The notes below the pieces were generated by a model. That model worked only from the letters and a program-made list of their open reading frames with translations, did no database searches and was not told the origin of the DNA. A stretch of 64,000 nt of DNA from Dimorphilus gyrociliatus (lineage: Eukaryota; Animalia; Annelida): the NCBI GenBank assembly GCA_904063045.1, contig CAJFCJ010000005.1:305310-369309 (forward strand). Direction: 5' to 3'. Within the stretch, counting starts at the first letter, position 1. Each line of letters opens with the position of its first letter. A program made the position numbers and the translations under genes. Shown here one piece after another: positions 22,526 through 37,147 of the stretch.

Positions 22526-23489
22526 ATGACGCCTACCTTTCATGCCTTTTATTCATCATTTAAGGAGACAGAGAACTATCTTCGACAGGTTGTTATTCAA
22601 TAATCTAAGCCTTTTTTTTAATTTAGATAATTCTTTCAATTTAGTATAAAGATGAAAAAAATATTCAAATATTATGCGACATGGCAGAGAAAATGTTTAA
22701 TAGCGATCCGATAAATATGACGCTAAAGCATCCTATAATTGCGATTGAGGGTTTAGATGGAACTGGTAAATCCACACTGGCTTATAATTTATCAAAAACT
22801 TTGAATGGGGTATATTTCCATGCGCCACCATCCAATGTTGTTGGTATTAAAAACAGCTTAAAACCTGTCTTTCAACATAATAGCGAACTGAGAAAAGCGT
22901 TCTACTTGATGAGTAATTACATCGCTGCTCACCGTATGCAAGACATTTGTAAAGAAAACGTCGTTTTTTTAGATAGGTTTATCAGAAGATAATCCTAAAA
23001 GCGATCAAATGTGATAAAGAGTAAAATTTCCAATAGGTATTGGCATAGTAGCCTGGCATTTGGAATATCAGAAAAATGCCTCGATGAAGATAAGAGTCTT
23101 CCACCACCAGAACACGAGATATACACGTGGCCAGAGGATCTACAAAAGCCTACTGTTGTAATTTTATTAGAACTATCTGAGGAGGAACGTTTAAGGCGTT
23201 TAAAAAATCGACATGAAAAACCAGTCACACCTTCAGAGAAAAGGCTAGAGAAATATTCTCTACTGAGAGATATGTAAATTATTATTCTTTCGCAACATTT
23301 CACTACGTAGAATCTTTTCATGCATTTTATCTTTCAACTCTATTCTTAATTAATAATCACAAATGTATTTTCAGGATTATAAACAGCTACAAACGAGTAA
23401 AATTCTCACCACTTGTAGTCATTGATGCTGGTGAATCACCAGAAGCTGTTTCTCGGAAAGCTATGGAAATTATTGAAAATTATCTATGA
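22526..23489 (+). CDS. CMPK2: UMP-CMP kinase 2-like (thymidylate kinase family); 4 exons
   Basis: IAIEGLDGTGKST P-loop; RKAFYLMSNYIAA; FLDR|YWHSS; LPPPEHEIYTWPEDLQKPTVVILLELSEEERLRRL; last exon SYKRVKFSPLVVIDA…TGA at 23489. All follow the CMPK2 pattern. The first exon (ATG 22526) is less certain. Confidence 0.85.
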
Positions 23490-23983
23490 GCATTTTTTTT
23501 CATTGGTATTGAATATCACAATATTTGAATATTTAAACAAATAAATTCTTAGATGCTATGTACACCAAGATATTCATCTGTCTAGAAGTAGATCTTGAGC
23601 CACATAGGCTTAGTGTAAATTCAGACTAATTGCTGAACAAGTTTTTAAGTTTCCTTTCGCTTCTCCATAATTTGCAGATTTTACAACAAAGAATATATTG
23701 TTCTTTGCGACAGAATTATCAATAGGGTCTTCGAACATTTTGCATAACGTCTAGAAACTGGAAATGACTCAATTCGTTTGCATCTATAATTAACATTTAG
23801 ATGCTTGAACACAAAGAAACCGTTATGATATTTAGATGACCTCACTAATTGAGGATTTTATAAGCCAATTGACTTAATAGGCTAAATTTGATCTTTTTCT
23901 CGGTACAAAGTCTGGCAAAGTCAACTCTAAACAAAAAGTAAATTAGAATTTTTAGATACTTTTATTTAAATTCTCTTTAAAAT

Positions 23984-25799
23984 TTAATTCATTCCTTCTA
24001 TTTCTTCTATTTTAGCAATTGCTGCAACGAAACCATTCCAAATTTCGGTAAAACTTGGTGTTATTGCTGATGCTGGAGGATCGAATCCTGGACCACGAAG
24101 TTCCGGTGTGAAAGTATAAGTTATACCAGCTTTATCGTATGCATAATCCATACTTGATCCTGATACTGGATCTAATTAAAGAAATATTTGTTGTTAGACA
24201 TAAGAGCTTTGTTGTAGGTCTATCTAATGCTCTACTTACAAATAGTGCTACATCCAGTTCCTCTCTCCCTATGAATGTTATATAGTTGTAATAATGAAAC
24301 TCTTAATATATTTCATATGAAGATGATATTTACCAGATCGTGTCATACGTATTTTCAATGGCATCTGCAAAAGCGTTACCAGCAGCAAGTTGTTTTTCAT
24401 GATCGGCTGGTATAGCGCATTCTTCATTACTGTCAGTATGACCGTAGGGAAGGAGAATCATTTGAGCGGTAGAGTGAATTGAAGTAAGCGCAATTACTCT
24501 GCTACCAATCGATCTTAGGTAATTCTTTGAAATGTTTAAAGTCATGAAAGATTAAACTATGAAACTATGAAGAAGATTATCACGATTACCTGAACATTTT
24601 GAGTCTCTGTTTCGGATGCAGCGGACGATCCTCCGAATACATCTGAACACGGCTCAGTAGACGTTCCATCATCTTGTTATTGGAAAAAAAAATTACTAAT
24701 GAAGTATAATATTATATTGACAATTACTCATCCAATTAACATCGAAATTTCTGTTCAAATCAGTACCACGACAAACTGAACCAGGGTTGGGAGTTCTATT
24801 TTTTCTCCAGAGTCTCTATTTCGTGTTCAAAAGGTCATATTATCAATTGTTAAGGAAAGCAACTATTTTACGTACATTGTCGGGACTCTCCCAAGAAAAG
24901 CTATAACCATCTGGATTCATTATTATTAAGAAATAGAAATCATATTTATTGAGTAGACTAACGGCATTAGGGTCTTCTTGCGATAGAATCTGGAAAAATT
25001 AGGTTAGAGTATTATGTATATTCTGGTTTAATTACACTTACTGCGTCCAATAATTTGAGATTTGTGGCGGGTGCTAACCATTCTCTAGCGTGAATTGCTG
25101 AATCGAACCAGACAATTTTCCTTTGTGATGGTTTAACTATTTTGAATAATCTAATAGGTTTATTTTCGGGGGTAAGTCCAATATCTTCGAGAACGCAGGA
25201 AGCGCTACTAGGGCATTTAAGTAGTAGATCATCAAGACCTGAAAGAATATCCTCGAAAGTATTGTATTTATCAAGACCAAATACTCTTGGTTCGTCGTTT
25301 CTTAATTGAAAAGATTTTTTCAAGTCCCTTGAAAAGAAATGAATAATAAAAGAAGATTTCTTTTAAAAAGGTAAAAAGAATTACAAACTCTGCAACGTTG
25401 CTGGAGATGATATTATATTTCAAGCCATTTATAGACAGCCTTTCAAAAACGTTTTCAATTTGATCTCTCGGTACAAGAAATTCGGCTGGAGTTTCAAATC
25501 TTGTTGATATTTTCAAGAAATCTAACTATAAAATGAAATTGCAATAAGTATAAAATACAATATATGTGTAGATGTTGCTTACTCCATCTTTAACGTTTAA
25601 ATCTTTCAATAATTTTAAATGAGAGTCGTTTTCTGGAATTGCACTCAAGACTTGATATCTTTAAGGGTGTAAACAATTTACGAATAGAGTGAATCTTATC
25701 CAAATTATCCCTATTATTTAATTAAACATACCCTTCGTAGTTCGGCTGTTGGGCAGATACTGCAGCAAACAGCATAAGAATTACATTGAAAGTTTGCAT
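23984..25799 (-). CDS. Secreted M14A zinc carboxypeptidase (A/B type) with propeptide; multi-exon
   Basis: Signal [16 protein letters not shown]; zinc motif IHAREW; WRKNR…TDLNRNF; [14 protein letters not shown]; MDYAYD…YTFTPELRG (catalytic Glu); stop near 23984. Confidence 0.92.
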
Positions 25800-27177
25800 A
25801 TCTATTCGACTATTCCTTTAATAATATGTTTAAAATAGTTCCTTTTTATATCTTTCCAGTTATTATCCAACGTATTAAATGTTTTCTATTACCTTTTACT
25901 TTATATATAAGTCTTTTATCAATTTTTTTTATTCTTGACCTAAATTATCACATTAAGTAGCAATTGTTATTTTCACACCAACAATACATTATCACTCAAT
26001 TTCATTAATTTATAATTTAAAAGTTATCAAAGGAAAATGGCGAAATTCATACAATCCAATAGTGGGATATAGCCTGTTCGAATATACTTATTTCTGTCCT
26101 TTCTCACATTAATATCATTACTTTAACAGTTAGGAACTAAAGCATTTATAAACAGAACCGGACGCACGTTGCTCTTCATTGAACTTGTTTCGACTTTAAT
26201 TATCACTTTACTTTCTAATGGTTACATTTACATTTATAAAGGTCTACCTCGATAACTACTTAATACTATATACAACAATATAATGCTTATCTTAGAAACT
26301 AAAATAACGTGCAGCTGTCAGGTCAACAATTTGACTATGATCCATGTGGACGAGTGTCCAAGTGTACTACTGCAATGAGAGTGAATATGAGAAATTCTAA
26401 GTATATCACTACTTGTTTCTATAGTTCACACTCTGTGAATGAAATGTTCTTGATATGCTATACTCAGTTATAGGTTAAAAGTGTTCAAAACACTGAACAA
26501 TTAAAAAAAACTGATCTTTGTGCGTTTAAATGCTCTAAATTGTGCTCTATTTTTTAACAGAAGCAAATTCCCACTATCTCGATGATGTTCTCAATATAGG
26601 ACTTGGTATATAATGTAAAAGAGTCGAAATTTAATTACTAAACAGTCTGATCTAACAAGAAACTTGAACACTTGAACTTTTGATCCCATTGTTTAAAATT
26701 CGTACTTTTTTCATTCTAAACTTGTATTTTGCAGAAGGACTTGAGATTATCAATAAAATTTTAATCTTTCTCAGAAGATTGAATCACAACGAATGATTAT
26801 ATTTATATATCTTAGTATATACTGTATATAAACAAACCAAATAGTATTGAATTGTCCTAAATCAAGCTATTAATATTCCATTGATTATTTAATATGTTAT
26901 GTTGAATTGATTTTTATGGCTACTTGTTTTATGTTTTAAAACATATCACGGAGGAATGTTTATGACATTAGCCACTAAAAATAATACTTTATAGTCCTCT
27001 GAATAGTTTTGTAATCAGATAAACTAACAAGAAGTAAGACGAGGTAGGCAATTTTTGTTTACACGATTAACTTGTATTTTTACAAAACCACTGATTACGC
27101 AATAATACCAGTAGTTTCCCAGAATGCTGTGTTCATAGGAGATATATAAATCAGTGAAAAATATATATAATAGAAAA

Positions 27178-29014
27178 ATGGTACTAACTCTGAAGGATAC
27201 AGCTTGGCTATGTATTGGATATAATAAACTGTTTTGTGTGCAGTATTGGAAAAAGAAAGATCGCAAACTACCATATTTATACTCTGAGATGATAATAGAT
27301 CTCTTTAGTTCAGAACCCAATGGATTATCGGAAAATTTAACACTGTTTACTGATTTAAAAAAGATAAAACTATTTGGTACAAAAATAGAAAATGTAGATT
27401 ATTTAACGATGATCGAAAAATATTATCTGACGTCATTAAAGGTGTATAGAGCAAAACCTATGGATTTAATCAAGTTGTTTGATGTGTTGAAATGGGAAAA
27501 TTCATTTAAAATTACTATTTCTTGTTGTCATTTTACTCATGAAAAAATCTTTGAAACTCTCTTTAAGAATGTTAATTTAAAAAATTTAACAAAACTTAAT
27601 ATAAGCTTTACAAATCTAAATGATAAAGGTTTGCAATATTTATGTAAAGAAGCCTCAAATCTAAAAAAGTTGGATATCTCTGGAACGGATGTTTTAACTT
27701 TAAAATATATTAAACATCTAAAAGATTTAACAAGTTTTAAGCTTTCTTCTGCTCCGAAATGTCTTGATGAAAATGAGATTAACAACTTAATCTCTCTGAC
27801 TAAACTGCAAAAGCTCTTCTACTTTGATGATAATCCTTTTACTGATTCTAGCAGAAATTATTCAAAGGCTGAAACCACCAAAACATTTTTAGTTGATGGA
27901 TATTGGAAAGATCTTGAACATTTATCCTATCCAATTGCTCTCGATTCAACTAGAGACATACTGAGGTTAGTGTTTCGACCAGCTTAACTATTCTTTCGGT
28001 GTCGTAGCGTCATGTTCTTCTCATCCGTTTGTATATTTGTTATTATGTAGAATAAATTATATCTCGGGGGTTAGAGCAATGGATTCTGCCATATCGTCAG
28101 CAGTATCATGAATTATCTTTCAATTCTTATAGCTATACTGCTGACTTTGTGGACAATCCAGATAATCTTTTCATTTGACATTAGCCTTTATTTCTTCGTA
28201 AACGATTTAGTATACTTATTTATATACCTTTATAAATAGTCGAATATCTCTTACAACCTGTGTTTTCTTGCTTCTTTCATAGATACTTTATAAATAAACA
28301 TCCCAAGTTAAAGGTATTTCGAATAAGCAATTCATCAATGTTTAACATTCGTTGGCAGAGCATTTCAAGTGTAATTTTTCCAAGGACGTATGAAGTAATA
28401 CGATAGCTTATATCATTCAATCAGTTCTTAAATAACTATTAACTGATATTTCAGTCATTCAGTATCGATACGTTAAATGAAGAAATGATAATATTAGAGG
28501 AAAATGTATTATCATCAATAGATTACGATATATACTTGAAATACATATATGATCATTTAAATGACAATGAAGAGCAAATGTATAGTCTTCTAAGTGAATT
28601 ACATACAAAGACAATTCTTAGAGTAAGATTATTACTTATCATAATGTATTAATAAAATTAATTACATCTTTTCTTTTATAAAAGATCTTCAAAAAGAGAT
28701 TACTCTGTTTTGGAAAATGCATATTTACTCCTAGTATAGACGAGCAAGAGGATGGTCTTATTACGTCTCTTAAGCTATTAAATTTAATAAAATACTCTTC
28801 AAAAGATGAAATCGAATGGAAAAACATATGTTTCGCAATTCTCCATATAAACAATGGTACATAATTCAATTGTTCATTTTCAATCTTTCAAATGAACATC
28901 TATTGTTTTTCAGGACGTGATAAGAAGAGTCAGAATGAAAATTTAACTACTCAGTTAAAGCTTATTCTAAACAAATGTTCACCTATTGGACCATTTAAAT
29001 ATAGTTCATTCTAA
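27178..29014 (+). CDS. ZYG11/ZER1-like LRR protein, paralog 3
   Basis: MVLTLKDTAWLCI…LPYLYSEMI; LRR LTKLNISFTNLNDKGLQYLCKEASNLKKLDISGT. A late exon IFKKRLL…EIEWKNICFAILHI matches paralog 2. Middle exons only partly resolved. Confidence 0.65.
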
Positions 29015-29034
29015 ATGAAATAATTGGTTGTTTT

Positions 29035-31119
29035 TTACAACAAAGGGCAAATTTTAAATGTTTTGTCTTTCATTTACAATTTTATAATACTTTTAATGGA
29101 ACCTTTTGAAGGATTTAATATGAAAATACTAATATTTTGTATGGTTGTGTTACAAAGAAAGAAGTATACATCTTTGGAATCTTTTACCAAACTTTCAATG
29201 GATTTACATTCAAGATATTTTCCGTTGGATTCTCCAATTACTACTAAGTCGTTAAAAAGAAGATTTTCACCAGTTAAACCAATTCCTTTATGAATTGATC
29301 CAATAGATTCTGGTATAACTATAACAGAATCTTTAAATTTACTGCACTGTTCTGTGGAATCTTCAATTGATGCTATTTTGAAAATATAATATATACTATA
29401 CTTTTTAAATAGATAAAATAAATAAAAAATTACACATACTAAATGGTTTTGTAATTGATGTCAATTGTATGCTAATTTCATGAATTTGAAGCAATATTTT
29501 AGATGTTATTTGAATCTTTCCAATAACTATTGCATTCATATCATTGCAAATAGTATGTGCTTCACTCATAGTTGTATTAGGCATCACAGTCTCAGATATT
29601 TGTGAATTTGTGTAGAATTCAACTTTTAAAGCATTTTGTTCCTTTTGATTTGAAATTTCATCTAAAAATGAAATTAAACAATCATTATTACGATGAATTG
29701 AAATTAAAACAATAGCTTATTTGTACATGTTAAACATATTGAATCAATAATGGTTTGTTCAGTGATAATCATAAGATTTTCTTTATCGTTCAAACTAACA
29801 CTTCCATTATTCATAGCAAATACTCCATCGTTAATATCCATTAGATTAATAGATTTTCCATCTTTTTCAATTGATTTAATCATATCAGTTTTATCAATTG
29901 TACTGTCTATAAGAGATAAAAAAGAAAAAGAAATGGATAATAAGTTTATTTCATATCAATTAAACTAACGTTCCATTTGTGTTTTAGCGTTTAGATTTTC
30001 GTAAAATATATATACATCTGTCATTATTAAAAAGTTTTCAGTAGAGGCTTTCGAGCTCGATTTGAAAAGAATGTATCGCCCCCTTTTAACAACCGGAATA
30101 ACAATCAAAGTTCGATAACTACTTGAATATGGATTATATATACGTGCACATTTTGAATCTTCAGATGCTGTATCAGGTGTATATTTTAAGAATGTATCGA
30201 TATATTGAATATCTCCGCCTAAAATTTACAATTATTAATATTTTTGCTTGTTTAATTATTTGAATTTGATTTCTAACTTGAAGATTTATCGAAATTAACA
30301 TGAAGGCATTCTAGTGTATAGATTCCGTTCATATCTATTCTTAAAAATGAATCAACTGCATTTTCTGTTGAAATTTTTGTTCCGAATAAACCATCTCCTA
30401 GTATTGATGATGTTTCTTTTGTTGCTCTACCGTAGAATATCTTGGTTTGTTTTGTATCTAACAAACTATAGCCTGCCAATAAGAAGCATATTGTAAAAAT
30501 ATTAACTTTAATAAGCTTTGATAGCTAAATGGAGATTATAGAGAAATTACTAACCAAATTTTTTTAATAGTACTCCTCTTGCTTTTATATCAGTAATGAC
30601 TAAAGTATCGCCCATATTCATCTTTCTAATTCTTAAATATTCACCTTGACAGTTTGTCGTCTTACATATATAACTCTCAGGCTCATTAGTATCTTTTACA
30701 GGTATCGTGTCGTTAAAAATGGAACACGTTTGTTCGTCCGATAAAAAAAATGTTATTGTTGTAACTTTGAAGTTTCTTAGTGTCTCTTTAAATAAAAAAA
30801 TATATATAAAATATAGTAACATTTTATCTATTAATCAATTACCTATTAAATGCATGTTCAAAATACACACTTCTGTAATAGTATAAGTACCATTCAGAAA
30901 TACCATCCACCAACCACGAGCATCAGGAGGTATTGAACTTGATTTATTAAAGTTTGACCCATCACTTATCGCGTAGCTTGCAATTCCTTCGTCATTAGTC
31001 GTGGAGGATTGAATTGCATGTTTATGACGAATGATATTATCAACTTCGTCTATATAAGAAAAGGTAAATTTGATGAGAAATAGAGAAGAGTAAAGTAGAA
31101 TGATTTTTAGAGAATTCAT
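29035..31119 (-). CDS. Secreted tandem F-type-lectin-like (FTP / F5-8 type C fold) protein, paralog A; about 7-8 short exons; 3' end approximate
   Basis: Signal peptide, then NIIRHKHAIQSST…ASYAI…RGWWMVFLNGTYTITEVCILN and NFKV…YICKTTNCQGEYLRI…LVITDIKARG, then further degenerate copies (DSFLRIDM, RGRYILFK). Confidence 0.75.
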
Positions 31120-31636
31120 AACGATTCGTAAAGCTTGAATAAAAGAATGATATCTGTTTTTTTTGACTTTTTGTCGGTTTGTTCCATCAATAATTAAAAT
31201 TTAAGATCAATATATTTAATAAAAACTTTCATTAAAAATTCTTTTATTATTCATATATGCATTTATCTTATCTTTAATTTCATGTAAAATACGTTTGTGA
31301 TTAACAAAAGGTAAACTTTTTTACCTTTAAAATTACACGAACAAACTTGATTTATGTCTAATTAAAACAATGACCTAGAAAAGTATTATGAACATTCAAT
31401 TCGATAAGTATAAACGTCACTTTTATTTGTAATAGTCATAGTTGAATTAAAAAGGTCAAGGTTTTTTAGTGTCTATTAAACGTCACTACCTACCTGCTCG
31501 GCCATTTTATCAATAAACAAGTATCGAATTAAATTGTTTTCGTAATTGAAATAATCTCTTTTCGCCAATTAGTAAGTGGAGTTGAACTAATAATTGATCA
31601 ATTAAATTAGCATATCAACGATTACTCTAATCATAA

Positions 31637-34600
31637 ATGAATAGCAGCGAAGAATTAAAGATAAATCCTCTACTTTCGTTTTATAAAAACAACCTAAAAG
31701 AACTATTAGCAGACGACGAACGATTTATCATTCATCTTTGCCAAGAGAGTGTTTTTAATCTTGACGATAGAAAACGTGTAAAGTTGGATTTCGAAGCAAT
31801 TTTTAACAGTTATATTCTAACATTACCTACTTATAAACTTTTAGCTATTTTACATAAATTATCACTAGATAAACACGTAAATTTAGCTCGTAAAATAGAA
31901 AATACATGGGAAAGTTTAATAATAGAAACAAAGAGATTAGCTGTTGAAAACTATTCAACAGTGTTGAAATTTTCCAAATTTCAAAGTGATAAAGTAAACT
32001 TTATCAATTTTCAAAATATATTAACTCCAATACAAATCGTTGCTCGAAAGAAACCCGAATCATATAAAGATGATGTTTACTTTGAGGAAGGTTTCGAATT
32101 TCTAGAAAATATTGACAATTCTCAAGGTCGTTTTCTAATTAAAGGTGAAGCTGGCGTTGGAAAAAGTTATCATTTTATTAAACTTATTCATTTATGGGCG
32201 ATTCAAGAGAGAATCCTTCAAGATTATCTCGTTTTAAAAGTTGATTTGAGTCAACTTTCTTCTAATGATAGCTTTGAAGAGAATTTATACAATCAGAATT
32301 TTAGCAAAGATTCATGGGTAACACGTGACCTTTTACATTATTTCTTATCGGACGATTGCGAATATAGAAACATAAAGATTATTTTTCTATTTGACGGAGC
32401 AGATGAATACGGAAGTAAAGAATCCCTTTTTTCAAATATTATTGAAAATGACGGATGTATCAAATTTCCAATAATTGTTTGGTGCCGAAACTGGAAAGCC
32501 GAACAAATAGAAGATACTTATCATAATGTTCTTGAGATATTAGGTTATAAAGATGATCATATACCTTTATTTTTTGCCAAATTCTTTCACGAAGGAACAG
32601 ATATATTTCAAAATTTAATAGAATCCGATAATACTCCAAAGAGTCAGCAACTAATAAACTTTTTACAAAAGAATAGAGAGGACCTACTAAAATCTTGCTC
32701 AAATCCTTTAATTGCATCTATAACTGCAAATATCTGGGATACTAAATGGAATTCAATGAAGAAAGATTCATATTCAATTTACGATGATGCTGTTGAATTG
32801 TTGATGAAGAATCGTACGAATACAATCGATAAAGAAGATTACGATGCATTTCTTCATCAATGCGCACTAGAAGCATTTATAAACATTCTTTTTGATAAAC
32901 CAATCGAAATGAAAAAATACAGTGAAGATTCTAAAGTATTTGGCAACTTATTAACAACTTTAACATGCTTTCAAACCGGAAAGAAACATTATAGATTTAT
33001 ACATTTTTCATTTCAAGAATATTTCGCAGCTAAATTTATCATAAAATGCTTAGAAACGAACGCCAATTGCCTTATTTCAGATGTTACTGAACAGCAATGT
33101 CAAGGTAAACTTTTAGAGATAATTTGCCAATCAACTTATACTCTTAAGTTAAAGGCGACTTTTGATTTTATTAAAAGTCAAAATATGCAAATTTTTTCAA
33201 TGATTATCAAAGAAAATCCAATAATTTTAAGTATTTTGGATACTGTTAACGAAAAAATTATAGATTTAATCAAATACAAAAGTGATAGTCAAAAGATATA
33301 TCTCGAAGATGGATATCTATCAACAACAGTATGGTTTTCGATTGTTGAAACATTTTCAAGAAATATTACTGTATTATCGTTCAAAAATGTTAAAATTAAC
33401 TTTCAAAAGTTTATTAATATTTCAATTGAAAGCTTAAAAGGAACATTGATTGAATTATCTATAGACTCTGGTGTGTATAATCATTTTTCTGTTAGAATGA
33501 TAGAGGATATCGTCAAAGAATTCTCCAATTTAAAACTACTCTTATTAGCTAATATTCCATTTAATAATTCAAAAAAGGCAAACTTTTTCATCAATTCAAA
33601 TTCTTTAGAATCGTTAAGTTTAATTAATTGTGAAATTGACTTTAATTTACTAAACCTTTTGAAATGTAGGCATTTAAATCACCTAAATCTATCCCACAAT
33701 ACAATAGCAGGTAAGAATTTTCACGTTGAATAACATATTTAATAACTAAATTTCTATTTATTTCATAATTTAGCTGGTCAATTAGAAAAACTTGTTGATT
33801 ATCTAGAAAATTCCCTTGAACTTCATTCAATAAACTTTTCTTACTGTGCTTTAAAAGATGAACATTTTACGATTTTGAAGAGATTATTCGAAGAGATGAC
33901 CGATATTTACAATTTCTGGTTAGATGGAAACGAATTTAGTGATAGTTTTGTTGATGATTTAATGAAATTTCTAATTGAAAATGGCAATAATGTTAAAGAA
34001 TTCTCAGTTAAAGATTGTAATAGTAACATTACAGCGTCGACAGTTACTAGTCTATTGGATAATAATCTATCTTTAAATATTCTTAATCTCTATGGTAATA
34101 AACTGTTAAATGTAAGAGAAGTTTCATTTCCAAAGAGTATTATTCTTTCCAAAGAACTTCAGGAGTTAAGATTTCCCATAATGGATTGCGATACTGCCAT
34201 TGAATATAAAGATTTCTATGAAATAATGGATGGAAATCTTGAATTGAAAATGTTGGATTATAGTGGAAATAACTTAAAAGTACAGTTTCTATTTGGTGTT
34301 TTACAAAAGATTATCTCTTTTTCGACTAATCTAGAGAGTATAAACCTTAGTAATTGTAAATTACCATTAGAACATCAGGAGGAATTATTTAATAGTTTAA
34401 AAGTACACGATAAACTGTTGAATATGAATTTAGAAGGAAATTTATTGAATGAAAAGATATTTCTTAATTTTATTAATCATAGATCAAAAAAATTGAATAA
34501 AGAAGGAGTGAAACTAAACGTATCTCAATGCGATCTTAGACAATTTTCTCTAATCGAATTGATAAATTTGAATATGTTATCTATAAATTTATCTGGAAAT

Positions 34601-37147
34601 AACTTGAAAGAAACTATTAATTGGAAGAAAATGACAATAAAAAATCCTACATGTATTAAAGAACTTCTCCTTCAAAAGTGCCAATTAAACTCTTCGTTTG
34701 TTAACGTACTAACCGTAAATCTTCATAATTTACCATCATTAGAAGTTTTGGATATATCAATTAATAAGTTTAGTGATCAAGCCATTTTGAATTTTTTCAA
34801 TAAGGCCTCAACTCAGAAAAATAGCTTAAAATATGTTTATTTTTACGGTGGAAAGTTAACTATAAAAGCTTTAATTGATTTATCAATATCTATAAGTAAA
34901 ATAAATGATATTGAAGTCATTAATTCACCTTTTATAGACGAGGAAAGTGATGATTTTAACCAATTGAATTCTATTAATTTAGCAAATTCGAAATATTTTA
35001 ATCTACAAATTATTAATGAAATTCTATTTCAAATAGACAGTATAATGAAATATAAGAAATTACAAATAAATTCAACAGAATCACCAAGATACGATATGAT
35101 TCGAATGGTAAAAGAATCATCATTAGAAATAAGGAGTATAAGTATTTATGACGATTTAATACCAGATGAAATAAATCATATGAAATCAATTATTGAGAAT
35201 AATACCGATATTGAAACTATGGAATTAAATTTTAATTTATCCCATGAAACTATAATGACGTTTTTTGGAATGACAAAAGAATTTATTCGAAGGATTAAAT
35301 CATTTAGTTACAATTCAAATAGCAATTCAAAATCAAGTATTATGGATATAATAAATTTTCATGAATTCTTACATAATCAACAAGATTTAAAACGTCTCTC
35401 TTTAACTTGTTTGAATTTTGTAACAAGTAACGCCATTAAATTTTTTAAAGACTATCCAAATAATTCACAAAATTTGAATACTTTGAAATTATTTCGTAGT
35501 AAATTTACAGAGGAGACAAGCGAATATCTTGGAAAATTCATTAGTAATCAATTAGGTTTAAAATCTCTGGATTTAGGATCAATTAATCTTGATGGTAATA
35601 TTGGAGAGAAATTGTTTAAGAATATCTCAAACTCTTGCTGCAATCTAAATAAAATCAACTTATCTAATTGTCATTTAAACGATACAGCATTGGAATATCT
35701 TGGACAAGTTTTTAGTTATCAAACACATCTGGATTCTATAGATTTATCTGGAATTGATTTAAGTAACAAATACGGATGTCAATTATTTCAGAATTTGGCC
35801 AATTCAAATAAATTTACTAAAGTTAAATTGCAAAATTGTAGTTTAAATGGTAAAATTTTACCAGATTTGCAAAGATTTATTCAAAATCAAACAAATTTAA
35901 ATGTCGTTGATCTGTCTAACGTAAAGTATAATGTCGATATTCAACAAGATATTCTTCAGGATTTCTCATTCAAGTGTAAAAATATAAGTGAACTTTACTT
36001 ACGCAATTGTCGCTTTAGTGATAGTCTCTCGAGAGTTATTGGAAAACTACTAACTGAACAAAACAGTATAAATGTTCTGGATTTATCATTTTCTAACTTA
36101 TCTAAAACGGGAGCTGAAAATTTGTTCAATCAAATATCTCATAATACAAGCTTATCTGAAGTTGATCTAAGCAATTCAACATTTACGGAAGATATGATTG
36201 AATACATAGGGAAATTTCTTTACAATCAAATATCTCTAAAAGTTATGAATATTTCCATGATAAAACTTAAAAATATGGTTGGAATGTTATTCTTTCAGCA
36301 TCTTACAAATCCAAATATGAAACTCAAGGAACTGTATCTAACTGGCTGTAAATTTACTGCTAACATGACTGAATACATTGGAAAGTTTATTGATAGCCAA
36401 AATCATTTACAAATTTTAGATCTATCAAACACAAATCTACGTTCAAACATCGGAAAAAATCTCTTTATTAACATATCGAACAAATGCTGTAATTTAAGGA
36501 ATTTGAATATGGAAAATTGTCAATTAACAGAAGATATGACAGAAGAACTTGGAAAATTCATTGGCTATCAGAATCAATTGAATATACTAGACTTGGCCGA
36601 TGTAAATTTAGAGCATAACATTGGAAAGAATTTGTTTGAAAATATTTCTAAAGTATGCTGTAACATCCATGAAATATGTTTGGATGACTGCAAACTAACT
36701 GAAGATATGTCAGATTCTCTTGGAAAATTCATTGGTTATCAAAACAAATTGGAGCTTTTGTATATGGCGAATGCAGACCTGAAAAATGATATTGGGAAAA
36801 ATTTCTTCAGAAATATTTCCAGCCAATGCTGCAATATTAGAGAAATTATTATGGAAAAATCCATATTTACAGAAGATGTAACAAAATATCTGGGAGAATT
36901 TATTAGCTACCAAAAGAAATTGAAACTATTAGATATTGCCGATACGAAATTAGATAATGCCATTGGAATGAATTTATTTAAAAATGTATCGGATCTATGC
37001 TGTCCAAAAGCCGTCAATTTATTAGGATGTAAACTTTCAGATCAAGTTACCGAATGTTTAGATAATACCTTTGGCTTAGAAACAGATATTGCTATGGATT
37101 CTTCGGCAGATGAATGTGTTAATGAAGAGATAGATATGTTAGCCTAA
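31637..37147 (+). CDS. Large NLR: death-fold-like N-terminus + NACHT + very long LRR region; two exons (intron 33711-33773), about 1815 aa
   Basis: Walker A FLIKGEAGVGKS, Walker B IFLFDGADEY, FIHFSFQEYFAAKFI. Donor GCAG|GTAAGA at 33711 and acceptor TTTAG| at 33773 put ORF 31637 in frame with ORF 33875 (5448 nt spliced). Confidence 0.9.
36350..37040 (+). repeat. 171-bp (57-aa, paired LRR) coding tandem repeat in the NLR C-terminus
   Basis: ACAGAAGATATG/ACTGAAGATATG/ACAGAAGATGTA at 36527, 36698 and 36869 (spacing exactly 171). Protein unit TEDMxExLGKFIGYQNxLxxLDLA…IGKNLFxNISxxCCN. Confidence 0.85.

Noticed and set aside
21760-26000. Viperin/RSAD2 partner expected near CMPK2
   Set aside because: No radical-SAM CxxxCxxC motif or viperin-like ORF seen. 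The neighbours are the NLR and a carboxypeptidase.
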